NCBI RefSeq assembly: GCF_006345805.1
Contig: NC_043005.1
Span: 13,268,001-13,332,000, forward strand
Source: Octopus sinensis
Lineage: Eukaryota
Length of the DNA stretch: 64,000 nucleotides
Reading direction: 5' to 3'
The stretch's first letter is position 1; every line of letters starts with the position of its first letter. The notes beneath the pieces are model-generated. The model was given only the letters and a program-made list of their open reading frames with translations. It was not told the DNA's origin and did not search any database. The position numbers and the translations under genes were made by a program. Positions 13,038-25,505 of the stretch are shown here, in pieces.

Positions 13038-13340
13038 CTAGCAGTATCGCCCGGCGTTGCTCGGGTTTGTAAGGGAAATAGCTATATAAGCATTTTTAGA
13101 GAGTTATAGCCATAAAATAGCCAAAAAATGCATTACAAATGGAAAAAAAATGATGGTAATTTTTTTTAAAAATCGTAGACTCATCGTAGACGCGTGCTAA
13201 TACCCAGAAGGGCTCGATATGAATCACGACTATAAGATAGCCGGCTTTGGTTAAACTGCACCGCAAAATGTGGGAGTAGTTAGGAATCTAAATCGTAGGA
13301 GACAGACACACAACTTCACTTTTATATATATATATAAAGA
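13038..13340 (-). mobile_element. Non-autonomous Helitron (family E), shorter variant
   Basis: TC and CTAG ends, A|T site, only one internal subrepeat. Confidence 0.9.
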
Positions 13341-13511
13341 TGTACACAGTATTTAAATGAGAGCTACGAAGAGTTTTTCGTTATTAAGGCATGTGGCTAG
13401 CGTTATAAAAAACCTGCTTAGTTACATGTCTTCATCGCAGGAAACTATTAGTAATCGTTATCCTTATACAGTGTATATTAAATAATATGTATGTATGTAT
13501 GTATGTATGTT

Positions 13512-13935
13512 TCTTATTTCTTTATTGCCCATAAGGGGCTAAACATTTATAGGGGACATACAAGGACAGACAAAAGGAATAAGTCGATTAGATCGACCCC
13601 ACTGCGTAACTGGTACTTAATTTATCGACCCCGAAAGGATGAAATGCAAAGTCGACCTCGGCGGAATTTGAACTCAGAACGTAGCGGCAGACGAAATACC
13701 TATTTTTTTTACTGCCCACAAGGGGCTAAACACAGAGAGGACAAACAAGGACAGACACACGGAGTAAGTCGATTATATCGACCCCAATGCGTAACTGGTA
13801 CTTATTTAATCGACCCTGAAAGGATGAAAGGCAAAGTCGACTTCGGCGGAATTTGAACTCAGAACGTAGCGGCAGACGAAATACGGCAAAACATTTCGCC
13901 CGGCGTGCTTAACATATCTGCCAGCTCGCCGCCTT
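13512..13935 (-). mobile_element. SINE family B, head plus two bodies
   Basis: Junction gacgaaatacctattt at about 13690-13706. Confidence 0.85.
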
Positions 13936-14129
13936 ATGTATGTTTATATGTGTGTGCATGTATGTATGTGTGTATGTACATATGTATGTATGTTTGTATG
14001 TATGTTTGTATGTATGTTTGTAAGTATGTATGTCATTGTTCAGTTTTATTTCAAGATTTCTTGTCAATAGAGAAAGAGCCGGTTTCTAACCTAGATTCAA
14101 GGCTCCTTCATTGGAATTTCAACATCAGC

Positions 14130-14910
14130 ATCTATGTATGTATGCATGCATGCATGCATGTATGCATGTATGCATGTGTGTATGTATGCATGTATGTATG
14201 TATGCATACATGCATGCATGTATGTATTATGTATGTATGTATGTATGTATGTATGTATGCATGCATGCATGCATGTATGTATGTATGTATGTATGTATGC
14301 ATGCATGTATGTATGTATGCATGCATGCATGTGTGTATGTATGTATGCATGCATGTATGTATGTATGTATGTATGTATGTATGTATGTATGCATGCATGT
14401 ATGTATGCATGCATGTATGCATGCATGTATGTATGTATGTATGTATGCATGCATGCATGCATGTATGTATGTATGTATGTATGTATGCATGCATGTATGT
14501 ATGCATGCATGTATGTATGTATGTATGTATGTATGCATGCATGCATGTATGTATGCATGCATGCATGCATGCATGTATGTATGTATGTATGCATGCATGC
14601 ATGCATGTATGTATGTATGTATGTATGTATGCATGCATGTATGTATGCATGCATGTATGTATGTATGTATGTATGCATGCATGTATGTATGTATGTATGT
14701 ATGTATGTATGCATGCATGTATGTATGTGCATGCATGTATGTATGTATGTATGCATGCATGTATGTGTATGTATGTATGGATGTATGTATGTATGCATGC
14801 ATGCATGTATGTGTATGTATGTATGGATGTATGTATGTATGCATGCATACATGTGTGTATGTATGTATGTATGTATGTATGCATACATGTATGTATGTAT
14901 GTATGTATGT
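14130..14910. repeat. Long compound (ATGT/ATGC)n microsatellite
   Basis: Read directly from the sequence; accounts for the overlapping YVCM/HTYI ORFs. Confidence 0.95.
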
Positions 14911-15264
14911 GTACACACACGATTGCAGCGTAGTAACCATACAAAAACAGAAAAAGACTTAACTTCTCCTGAAAGTTTATAGGCTTACATATCGCCTGGT
15001 TCTATACCATCGCGTCTGACAACACAATCAAACCAAGTATTTGGGTGTCTGTGACGAATGTATTGCAAGCCTTCTTTACCTCATCTACTATATGAATTGT
15101 AGAATAGTAATATATAGTTTTATAACATATACACACCAACATGTAAAATTATTAAATACTAAAATAGTATTTAATACTAAAAATGTTGGTTGCGAAATGA
15201 TCCTAATCTTCTGGATAATCCTTTCGTGAAGCAAATATTCATCTCGTGCTTCCTGACTTTACCC

Positions 15265-15661
15265 TCTTTTACTTGCTTCAGTGACTGTGACTGTGGCTAT
15301 GCTGGAGCACTGCCTTTAGTCGAGCAAATCGACCCCCAGGAATTATTCTTTGTAAGCCTAGTACTTATTCTATCGGTCTCTTTTGCCGAACCGCTAAGTT
15401 ACGGGGACGTAAGCACACCAGCATCGGTTGTCAAGCGATGTTGAGGGGACAAACACAGACACACATACATACATACACACACACATATATATATATACGA
15501 CGAGCTTCTTTCAGTTTCCGTCTACCAAATCCACTCACAAGGCTTTGGTCGGCCCTAGGCTATAGTTGAAGACACTTGCCGAAGGTGCCACGCAGTGGGA
15601 CTGAACCCGGAACCATGTGGTTGGTAAACAAGCTACTTACCACACGGCCACTCCTACACCT
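15265..15661 (-). mobile_element. SINE family C, full length
   Basis: Same head, body and tail as other C copies. Confidence 0.9.
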
Positions 15662-16377
15662 ATATATCTTTATATCTTATATACTCCTAATGAAATTATC
15701 ATTACTCCTTGAATTTACTTGATATCAACTGCTTAGGTCTATACATTAATCACCTTTGTATTGGTTTATTATGTAGTTTGTACCCTGATCTACTAAAGGA
15801 GACATTTTGTGAGTACTTCCGGATTAGTTATACCCATATATTGTGTATTATATGTGTGTGTGTATGTGTGTATGTGTGAGAGAGAGAAAGAGAGAGAGAT
15901 TGTATGTGTGTGTGTATAAATGTATGCGGTTATATAATCACAAATGCCATATATGGCAGCGTGGGAAGTAAAGTACTATGCGGTTTCAGGGTCTCGGCGA
16001 TGTAGCAGCTAAATTCTCTTTTTAAACTTCCTATTACCCTCTACAAATAGGGTAAATACAGACACGTATACCCCACCCCCGTCAAAAAACAAAACAAAAA
16101 AAACAAAACAAAACAAACTAACAAACAAACAAAAAACAAAGCAAAAAACTGAATAACGTAGATATAATCTGCTGGAAAAGGTGGGATGTCCACGTTAGAA
16201 TTGGAATATCGATCGAGCGATAAAGGTTCGTTAACACAAAGCCAGGCAATGAAACGTGCAATTCAACGACCTTTGTGAAAAGACTGTGAAAATGACGTCA
16301 TAAAGCATACGTTTAAAATTTCTGTAACGCAAGTATATCTCAGCCGATTAGTAAAGACGATATTAGTCACAAAACAC

Positions 16378-16976
16378 GGAGGCGCAATGGCCCAGTGGTT
16401 AGGGCAGCGGACTCGCGGTCATAGGATCGCGGCGAAATGCTTAGCGGTATTTCGTCTGCGTTACGTTGTGAGTTCAAATTCCGCCGAGGTCGACTTTGCC
16501 TTTCATCCTTTCGGGGTCGATAAATTAAGTACTAGTTACGAACTGGGGTCGATGTAATTGACGTAATACCTATGTCTGTCCTTGTTTGTTCCCTCTGTGT
16601 GTAGCCCATTGTGGGTAATAAAGAAATAGGTCATAGGATTGCGGTTTCGATTCCCAGACCGGGCGTTGTGAGTGTTTATTGAGCGAAAACATCTAAAAGC
16701 TCCACAAGGCTCCGGCAGGGGATGGTGGTGATCCCTGCTGTACTCTTTCACCACAACTTTCTCTCACTCTTACTTCCTGTTTCTGTTGTACCTGTATTTC
16801 AAAGGGCCGGCCTTGTCACACTCTGTGTCACGCTGAATATCCCCGAGAACTACGTTAAGGGTACACGTGTCTGTGGAGTGCTCAGCCACTTACACGTTAA
16901 TTTCACGAGCAGGCTGTTCCGTTGATTCGGATCAACCGGAACCCTCGTCGTCGTAACCGACGGAGTGCTTCCATCC
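16378..16976 (+). mobile_element. SINE family A interrupted by a SINE B insertion
   Basis: A head to 16432 and resumes at 16629. Outer TSD att(a/g)gtcacaaaa. Confidence 0.9.
16433..16628 (+). mobile_element. 5'-truncated SINE B nested in SINE A
   Basis: 16-bp TSD ggtcataggat(c/t)gcgg at 16417-16432 and 16629-16644. Confidence 0.9.
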
Positions 16977-17194
16977 ATTGGTCACAAAATCCTCAGATAA
17001 AACAGTACAAAGTACAAACCGCATAAGCAATGAAGATAAGAAGCAGAAGTACTGCTATTATCTTTTCAAAGGTAGCGCTCTGTACAGATTATGGAGAACA
17101 TAATCGAAAATATACCCGGTACTTCATTCACAAATATATAGCAAATATCAAAAGAGAAAAACGAAAACAACAAATTCAAATATATGCAAACATA

Positions 17195-17365
17195 GGCGCA
17201 GGAGTGGCTGTGTGGTAAGTAGCTTGCTAAACAACCACATGGTTCCGGGTTCAGTCCCACTGCGTGGCATCTTGGGCAAGTGTCTTCTGCTATAGCCTCG
17301 GGCCGACCAATGCCTTGTGAGTGGATTTGGTAGACGGAAACTGAAAGAAGCCTGTCGTATATATG

Positions 17366-17412
<47 letters not shown>

Positions 17413-17621
17413 TTGTGTGTCTGTGTTTGTCCCCCTAGCATTGCTTGACAACCGATGCTGGTGTGTTTACGTCCCCGTCACTTAGCGGTCCGGCAAAAGA
17501 GACTGATAGAATAAGTACTGGGCTTACAAAGAATAAGTCCCGGGGTCGATTTGCTCGACTAAAGGCGGTGCTCCAGCATGGCCGCAGTCAAATGACTGAA
17601 ACAAGTAAAAGAGTAAAAGAG
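17195..17621 (+). mobile_element. SINE family C, full length
   Basis: Head ggcgcaggagtggctgtgtgg, internal (TA)(TG) tract, tail. Confidence 0.9.
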
Positions 17622-18109
17622 AGAGAGTGTATAATGTTGATAGATAACAAACACGTTTATGGAACTAAAACAAGCAAAACAAGCAGAGAACATTATTATA
17701 TCTGATACTGGCGTTGTGATGATACGAAGAGACAAGGCTGCAATCGTATCACAAAGCACCTCAAATATCAAAATACACATCGATAAGAGAGGATAAGCGA
17801 AAACATGGCGTGTGTTTGGGTTTGCGCTTATTATGGTCATTAAAAAAACATGCATCCACTGCATGACTATTCCAAGTGATACTGGGACACTGTTACAGCA
17901 TGTGACGACACATTTGAACTACTAGCATTTAATAAAACAAACACCGAAGAAAAACAAAATAAAAACAAACAAAAAAAAATCGATTTCGAAATGCATGAAC
18001 ATTCAAAATCGCTGTCTGTCGAAGCAAAGTCTTCAGTGAGAGTTTGTGGTTTGTGGGGTCAACCGCGTCCTCCATCTTCATTTTGTGTTAATCACTCATT
18101 CGCATTTAA

Positions 18110-18505
18110 TCTATATATATAAAAGTGAGGTTGTGTGCTGTCTGTCTCCTACGATTTAGATTCCTAACTACTCCCACATTTTGCGGTGCAGTTTAACCAA
18201 AACCGGGTATCTTATAGTCGTGATTCATATCGAGCCCCTCTGGGTATTAGCGCGCGTCTACGATGAGTCTACGATTTAAAAAATAATTACCATCAATTTA
18301 TCCCATTTTTAATGCATTTTTGGCATATATAAGGGAAGTAACTTTCTAAAAATTTATTATTAAATCTCAGAACGTAAAAAGCTACAGTAACACCACCCCC
18401 TTTGTGGTTAACCATATTGAGATGGCTATTATACTTTATATCTCTAAAAATGCTTATATAGTTATTTCCCTTACAAACCCGAGCAACGCCGGGCGATACT
18501 GCTAG
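18110..18505 (+). mobile_element. Non-autonomous Helitron (family E, alternative interior)
   Basis: A|TC ... cccgagcaacgccgggcgatactgCTAG|T. Confidence 0.9.
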
Positions 18506-18699
18506 TTGTATATATTTTAATTGTTTGTTTATTCATACGTTTCGTCTCATTCGATACCCTGACCCCCAACGTTTGTTTTGTCTGTCCCCGTATTGTCCCC
18601 TCTTTTTCTCAACCTTATGGTGAATAAAGAAATACTCTCTTTCTCTCTTTCTCCCTCTTTATAAATTCGTAGTGAGAGAGATACATATAGAGAGGTAAA

Positions 18700-18729
18700 T
18701 AGACAGACAGACAGACAGACAGACAGACG

Positions 18730-18786
<57 letters not shown>

Positions 18787-18812
18787 CTAGATAGATAGAT
18801 AGATAGATAGAA
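18700..18812. repeat. (GACA)n(GATA)n microsatellite
   Basis: Read directly from the sequence. Confidence 0.95.
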
Positions 18813-19618
18813 TAAACCATTCACGTAAAAACTCGACATGCTAGAAATAGCTGTCAATTCCACCACACTATAAAAAAAGCACACATTAAATAAAGCGTAA
18901 CTATTTACTCCTGTAACGATAAAATAGTTACTGCTGGAATTTCTTTGATTATAGATTCACCCGTTTAGGGTTCGAAACCACGAATGTCACATCAATGTAA
19001 ATATGCAAAATACTTTGGCTAAATTCACTCAACACATCCCGGTAGAAAAAGAACCGAGATAACACTAGAGGACATCCAAATATATGTTAACTAAATACCC
19101 TGAGTATCTTAAATAAGTCACAGCACCATTGTTATCAAACTAATTTCAGCAATTCTCGTGACTTTACTTTTAGCTCAACATACCAAGCCACCACAATCAC
19201 GTGATAAGAATTCTCCGCATGCCATTATCAACTAATACGCATTAACACTTTTGCAAACTTCCAAAACGTTCTTGTGAGCCTCTTTCATTGAGAAATAGTA
19301 TTTAGTTTGGTAGATCACACAAATATCACAATCAACAAAATACACTTAAAAAAAAACACTTTCGCAAATTTCAAAAACGTTCGCAGAAAAGACTTTCATT
19401 GAAAAACAACATTAAGTTTCAAAGATCTTAAAAACACGTCAATGAATAAAACAGACAATGCAACACGCATTGTCAATAAAATAATTTGAGATGCTCTTTC
19501 TAAAACATACCTTTCAAGGCACATAAAAATTACAACCTGAATTGCTCAACTAAAATATTTCATTACTGGTTTGTTAACAAAATTTCGCTTCGTCGCTACG
19601 CTATCCTATATAATAAGC

Positions 19619-19700
19619 GGAGGCGCAATGGCCCAGTGGTTAGGGCAGCGGACTCGCGGTCATAGGATCACGGTTTCGATTCCCAGACCGGTCGTTGTGA
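19619..19700 (+). mobile_element. SINE family A head fragment
   Basis: tRNA-like head only; truncated next to a B insertion. Confidence 0.8.
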
Positions 19701-19723
19701 ATGTAAAGTCAAACCAGCCATAT

Positions 19724-20141
19724 CCTATTTCTTTACTGCCTACAAGAGGCTACACACAGAGAGGACAAACCAGGACAGACAAACGGATTAAGTTGATTAC
19801 ATCGACTCCAGTACGTAACTGGTACATATTTAATCGACACCGAAAGGATGAAAGGCAAAGTCGACCTCGGCGGAATTTGAACTCAGAACGTAGCGGCAGA
19901 CGAAATACCTATTCTTTACTACCCACAAGGGGCTACACACAGAGGGGACAAACAAGGACAGACACACGGATTAAGTCGATTACATCGACCCCAGTGCATA
20001 ACTGGTACTTAATTTATCGACCCCGAAAGGATGAAAGGCAAAGTCGACCTTGGCGGAATTTGAACTCAGAACGTAACGGCAGACGAAATACGGCTACGCA
20101 TTTCATCCGGCGTGCTAACGTTTCTGCCAGCTCGCCGCCTT
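19724..20141 (-). mobile_element. SINE family B, head plus two bodies
   Basis: Junction cgaaatacctatt at about 19901-19913. Confidence 0.85.
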
Positions 20142-20617
20142 CAACCCGGCGATGTCCGGCCTAAATAATCTACTTGTGTTATGCTAAAACAAACCAGACC
20201 TGGCCTCTCACACTTACCCTACAATATCATTCTAAAAATAATCACCCACGTCATAAATAAATAAGGGTAACACTTTGCAGAAGAATCTGAACAAACCGAA
20301 ATGAAATGCTTAAAACGGCACAAAAGTAGCAACTATTTCTCTGTCTTCAGTTTAGTCGAGAAGGATGTAAGTAATTCAGTTGATCGAAGAAATGAATCCT
20401 CGTCGTTGAACGACGGAGATCCACTCCAACCACTATTTGTATATTTCGAAAGCCCAAAAGAAAACTCGGTGTAAGGTTGAATTTTCAAAGCAACTCATTA
20501 ATTTTATATGGTTGCCTTATTTATAGCGATGAGTCATTCCACCCAGCGGTAGCTACTGTGAGCTAAATGGACTGAGCTGTAGCTATTTAATTGGTTGTCT
20601 GTAAATCCAGAGCATGC

Positions 20618-20659
<42 letters not shown>

Positions 20660-21126
20660 TTTCGTATTTTCCATAATTTCCGAAATATCTAATGGTATTT
20701 CACTTCAAGAGAAATTATTCTCCAACTCTCAGAAACAATAGAAAAAAAAGAAAACAATAACAGCAAAGCCCCCCAAACAAACAATACAAAACAAGCAACC
20801 CGTTCCCCCCCCCCCACAATACGTAACCAATTAATGGATTACAAAGGAACATTATGATTACCCGGTTCTCAGGGAATATATTCCGTAGTTTTGTATGACG
20901 TTCTGGAATAATGATCTATTCACAGAGAAAGAAATAGAACGAAGGACAATCTATTTTATTTAATATTTCTCGTGTTTCGCTGGAAACGTAATTTCGTATA
21001 TTGTTGAACGCCTTTGTACAGCTTTGCACTTATCTTTTCCTTATGCAAATGAATCTTATATAATCGCATAACAATAATAACAATCGAATCAAGTTCAACA
21101 TGTTCACGAATATATTGTGATTGGAA

Positions 21127-21898
21127 AGGCGGCGAGCTGGCAGAATTGTTAAGCACGCCGGCGAAATGCTTACGGTATTTCGTTTGCCATTACGCTGTGA
21201 GTTGTCAAATTCGCCGGGTCGACTGCCTTTCAGGGTCTAGAAAATTAAGTGCCATTACGCACTGGGGTCGAGTAATCGAAATACCTATGTCTGTCCTGCC
21301 CTCTGTGTTTAGCCCCGTTGTTGGTAATAAAGAAATAGGTATTTCTCGCTGCGTTACGTTGTGAGTTCAAATTCCGCCGAGGTCGACTTTCCCTTCATCC
21401 TTTCGGGTCGATAAATTAAGTACCAGTTACGAACTGGGGGTCGATGTAATCGACTTAATACCTATGTCTGTCCTTGTTTTTCCCTCTGTGTTTAGCCCCT
21501 TGTGGGTAATAAAGAAATAGGTATTTCGTCTGCCGTTTTTTTTGTGATTGGAATAACGGGATCTTTACGGTTTTTAACATAATTTCTAGGTAACTAAAAA
21601 ATTTTAAACTTCGTATACTGGTAGAATGTGTTTATAAAACATCTTTTTCTCTTGGCTTTATTGTCCTTGTTTGTCCCCTCTTTGTTTAGCCCCTTGTGGG
21701 TAGTAAAGAAATAGGTATTTCGTCTGCCGTTACGTTCTGAGTTCAAATTCCGCCGAGGTCGACTTTGCCTTTCATCCTTTCGGGGTCGATAAATTAAGTA
21801 CCAGTTACGCACTGGGGTCGATATAATAGATTTAATCCCTTTGTCTGTCCTTGTTTGTTCCCTCTGTGTTTAGCCCCTTGTGGGTAGTAAAGAAATAA
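21127..21898 (+). mobile_element. SINE family B multimer complex
   Basis: Head at 21127. Junctions at about 21335, 21518 and 21713. Interrupted by a 122-bp segment (21542-21663). Confidence 0.8.
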
Positions 21899-21920
21899 AT
21901 ATATTGTGATTGGAATAACG

Positions 21921-22338
21921 GGATCTTTACGGTTTTTAGCATAATTTCTAGATAACTAAAAAATTTTAAACTTCGTATACTGGTAGAATGTGTTTATAAA
22001 ACATCTTTTTCTCTTGGCTTTATTGAGAAAATTCTATAGTTTGCAAGATATTTGTTGTTTTTTTTTCTTCAATTTCTGCAATTTCAACCAATCACTCACG
22101 TCTATTGAGGTAAAAAAACATTCTGTGCCGTATAAATATGTCCCTCGTTTAAGAAACAGATTGGGTTTATTTACATTTGTGAAGAAAAAAAGATACCCTT
22201 CCCCCACCCCTAACCCTAACCCTAACCCTAACCCTAAAACTGATTGAAATGCAATAGATCGATACTAGGGTCATAATTATGGGTGACAATTTCATATGAC
22301 ACCGCTAGAAAAAACTGCCGTTCAAACCGAAAAGATCC
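21921..22338. mobile_element. MITE with GGATC-starting TIRs and an 8-bp TSD (Merlin-like), containing (CCCTAA)5
   Basis: ggatcttt...aaaactgccgttcaaaccgaaaagatcc. TSD gaataacg at 21913-21920 and 22339-22346. Confidence 0.85.
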
Positions 22339-22562
22339 GAATAACGTAGGTAGGCCGTAAAAACAACGGAACGGATCAGAAAACAAACAAAATTGAATAA
22401 TATTGTTAAATTCATTAAATTATTGAAATGGTAGTTGAATTGGAATATATCTAGAGGGTGAAAAATAACAGGAAGACACAAAAGTCGATGAATTAGATAC
22501 AAAGAGAACTAAAGAAACGGAACACAAGGTAGATCCATATTCTGGTTATTATATTCCAATAA

Positions 22563-22860
22563 GGAGGCGCAATGGCCCAGTGGTTAGGGCAGCGGAATCG
22601 TGGTCGTAGGATCGCGGTTTCGATTCCCAGACCGGGCGTTGTGAGTGATTATTGAGCGAAAACACCTAAAAGCTCCACGAGGCTCCGGCAGGGGGTGTTG
22701 ATCCCCGCTGTACTCTTTCGCCACAACTTTCTCTCACTCTTTCTTCTGTTGGCCTGCTCGCCTAGCCAGCGGGGTGGTGTCATTCGAAGGTTAAAACAAT
22801 GCGAAGTGCATTGTGACCAGCGATGTGTAGCTGCATCTGATGATCTGGTCGATCACGTGA
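22563..22860 (+). mobile_element. SINE family A2 (family A head, different tail)
   Basis: Matches A to about 22745, then an unrelated tail ending gatcacgtga. 11-bp TSD tattccaataa. Confidence 0.85.
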
Positions 22861-23479
22861 TATTCCAATAAACAATTTAATAATCTCTCTCTCTCTCCCT
22901 TTCTCTCGCTTTCTCTCGCTTTCTCTCTCCGTGTGTCTCACGTCTGTTACACGGGTGATGACATGGACTCCTTACCAAAGTCTGAAGATTCATGAATTTT
23001 CTTGGAGAAAATGCAACTGTTGTTTCTCGTTGCTTTCTACGAGTTGGTTTAGTTATCGTTACTCTGCTAGCCTCCTACTCTCTCGAGCTTGCCCTTAAAT
23101 CACAAAACCCTGCTGTGTTCACACATTGGTGGGTCTGAGTGACACATGTTAGAAGCTTGCAGCACCTTCGAATTTCGTATGCCTAAACTAAAGGACCAGT
23201 CACTATTTGGCCCGTTACGGAACCCATGTACTGCTAACCCAGTTCAGAACAACCTGAAAGGGCTGGTGATTAACATGTACCTTCATACGCCTGAAAACCA
23301 TGAACTCTGAAGCTGGATCCAGTTTCATGTCTTGAATAGGAATAGATTTAACTACAATCAGCTTTATACTAATGGATTTTAAGGAAATTCTATAAAATCA
23401 AATTACTTCTGTCGAGAACGAGGCATTTTTTCTAAAGAAAAGAGAAAATCCAAATGATTGTTTTGCTGTATATTGATTT

Positions 23480-23916
23480 CAAATGTCGGCCCAAGACCAG
23501 TAATTTCGGAGGAGGGGTAACTCGATTATGTTGACACCAATGCTCGATTGGTACTTGTTTTATCGACCCTGAAAGAATGAAAGGCAAAGTCGGCCTCGGC
23601 GGAATTTGAACTCAAAGTATAAAAACAGATGAAATTCCACCAAGCATTTTGTGCGGCACACCAACGGTACTACTTGTTCGTCGCCTTCGGTTTGTGGTAT
23701 ATTCTTTTCTACTCTAGGCACAAAGTTCGAAATTTTTGGGGAGGAGACCAGTCAATTAGATCGACTTCAGTACACAACTGGTACTTAATTTACCGATCCC
23801 AAAAAGATGAAAGGCAAAGTCAACCTCGGCGAAATTTGAACTCAGAAAGTAAAGACAGACGAAATACTGCTAAGCATTTCGCCCTGCATGCTAACGTTTC
23901 TGCCAGCTCGCCGCTT
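23480..23916 (-). mobile_element. Two diverged SINE B-related copies
   Basis: atcgacc...aaagatgaaaggcaaagtc body; one has the tail ccttgtgcctagagtagaaaagaata. Confidence 0.75.
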
Positions 23917-24129
23917 TCATAAATACTAATTTATTCTGTCACCCAATTAACCTAGTTGTTATCAAATTTATAATTGTATCGCGTGATATCACTCGTGACG
24001 TCACAGCAACAAATTAGGTGTCACTCATGGCATTTATTGATACTTTATTCTACTTAAATATCTGTGTTTTATTTACATTCCTATTACATTTCTCATTACA
24101 AAAGAAAAAACCCAAAAAACAAAAGAAAA

Positions 24130-24904
24130 AAAAAACATTCAGGCGTGCTAATGAGGAGGCCTCTCATACGTTTGCTGATTGTGCTAGAAATGGTAGGTAT
24201 AGCTCCATCTTACTCCTCATTAACTCCAGTGTTATCCCAAATTCGGTTTTACCCTTCCTACGACCCATGCCGTCACGACCCATGCCGTCACGACCCATGC
24301 CGTCAAGACCCATGCCGTCACGACCCATGCCGTCACGACCCATGCCGTCACGACCCATGCCGTCACGACCCATGCCGTCACGACTCATGCCGTTACGACC
24401 CATGCCGTTACGACCCATGCCGTCACGACCCATGCCGTCACGACCCACATGCCGTCACCTCCAACAGCGCCCACTCCTATGCAGATGATACCAACATTTA
24501 CTCGTTCCTATCCTTCCACATCTGACATGGAAGTTCACACCAAATCTGTACTGAATCCATGATCTCGAAATATTTTCCGATGGCATCATGGTAATATCAT
24601 AACATTCAAAGTCTCCAAAGCACAAACCTCGGACACAAAGAAAACATCACGCTTTCACCTATAAACCTGATCAGTGCACAATAAGAACCTCCATAAGGTC
24701 GCCATAAATGCTACTTTCTCCCGAAATACTCACATCTTCAACATCCAAAACAGCACCGCAAAAGACTGTTTCTCTTCTTCGGAGCCAATAAATATTTTAA
24801 TTTCCAATACCTGACAATTACCAAATCTCTACAGAGCTCAAATAGGTTCCACAATGGGGCACAATCCCCACATTCACATCCCGATGGTACTGCTACAATA
24901 CTCA
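24130..24904 (+). pseudogene. Decayed LINE reverse transcriptase fragment (CR1/L2/Jockey-type)
   Basis: NSSVIPNSVL (decayed GVPQGSVL), SAHSYADDTNIY (YADD), and downstream ctctacagagctcaaatagg (LYRAQI-like). Confidence 0.7.
24260..24449. repeat. 15-bp minisatellite (gccgtcacgacccat)n, about 12-13 copies
   Basis: Read directly from the sequence. Confidence 0.95.
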
Positions 24905-25004
24905 NNNNNNNNNNNNNNNNNNNNNNNNNNNNNNNNNNNNNNNNNNNNNNNNNNNNNNNNNNNNNNNNNNNNNNNNNNNNNNNNNNNNNNNNNNNNNNNN
25001 NNNN
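24905..25004. other. Assembly gap (100 N)
   Basis: Run of n; a round length usually marks a gap of unknown size. Confidence 0.98.
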
Positions 25005-25080
25005 TTACTAATTATATATATACACATATACATATCGATCTATATATATATGTATATGAATATAGATATTAGATAAATTG

Positions 25081-25117
<37 letters not shown>

Positions 25118-25505
25118 AAATGGCAGCATCAACAGCGAAAACAAAGACTGGAATCACTTCGATATCAGCAAAACAGCAACAACCATACAAAGAGAAACAA
25201 CAGCAAAATAAAAGATGCAAAGAAGAGCCGTACAAAAAAAAAAACCCTAAAAAAAAAAACCTCAAATAGCAACAACTACACAAAAATATGGGATGATGCA
25301 TCAACAGCCCAGCGACATCAGATATAAAACAATAGCAACAACATCAATAAGAACAAAACCGGAATCAACAACGTCATAATAACGCCACAATTAACAACAA
25401 TGTAAGAATTATAAAGCAGGCGTGGGTGTGTGGTGAGAGGCTTGCTTACCAACTACATGGTTCCAGGATCTGTCCCACTGTATAGCACCTTGAGCAAGTA
25501 TCTTC

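Noticed and set aside
13905-14982. Long ORFs of 237-342 aa in several frames
   Set aside because: They are translations of a stop-free (ATGT/ATGC)n microsatellite. The same applies to the YI/HT/CV/ER-rich ORFs throughout the window.
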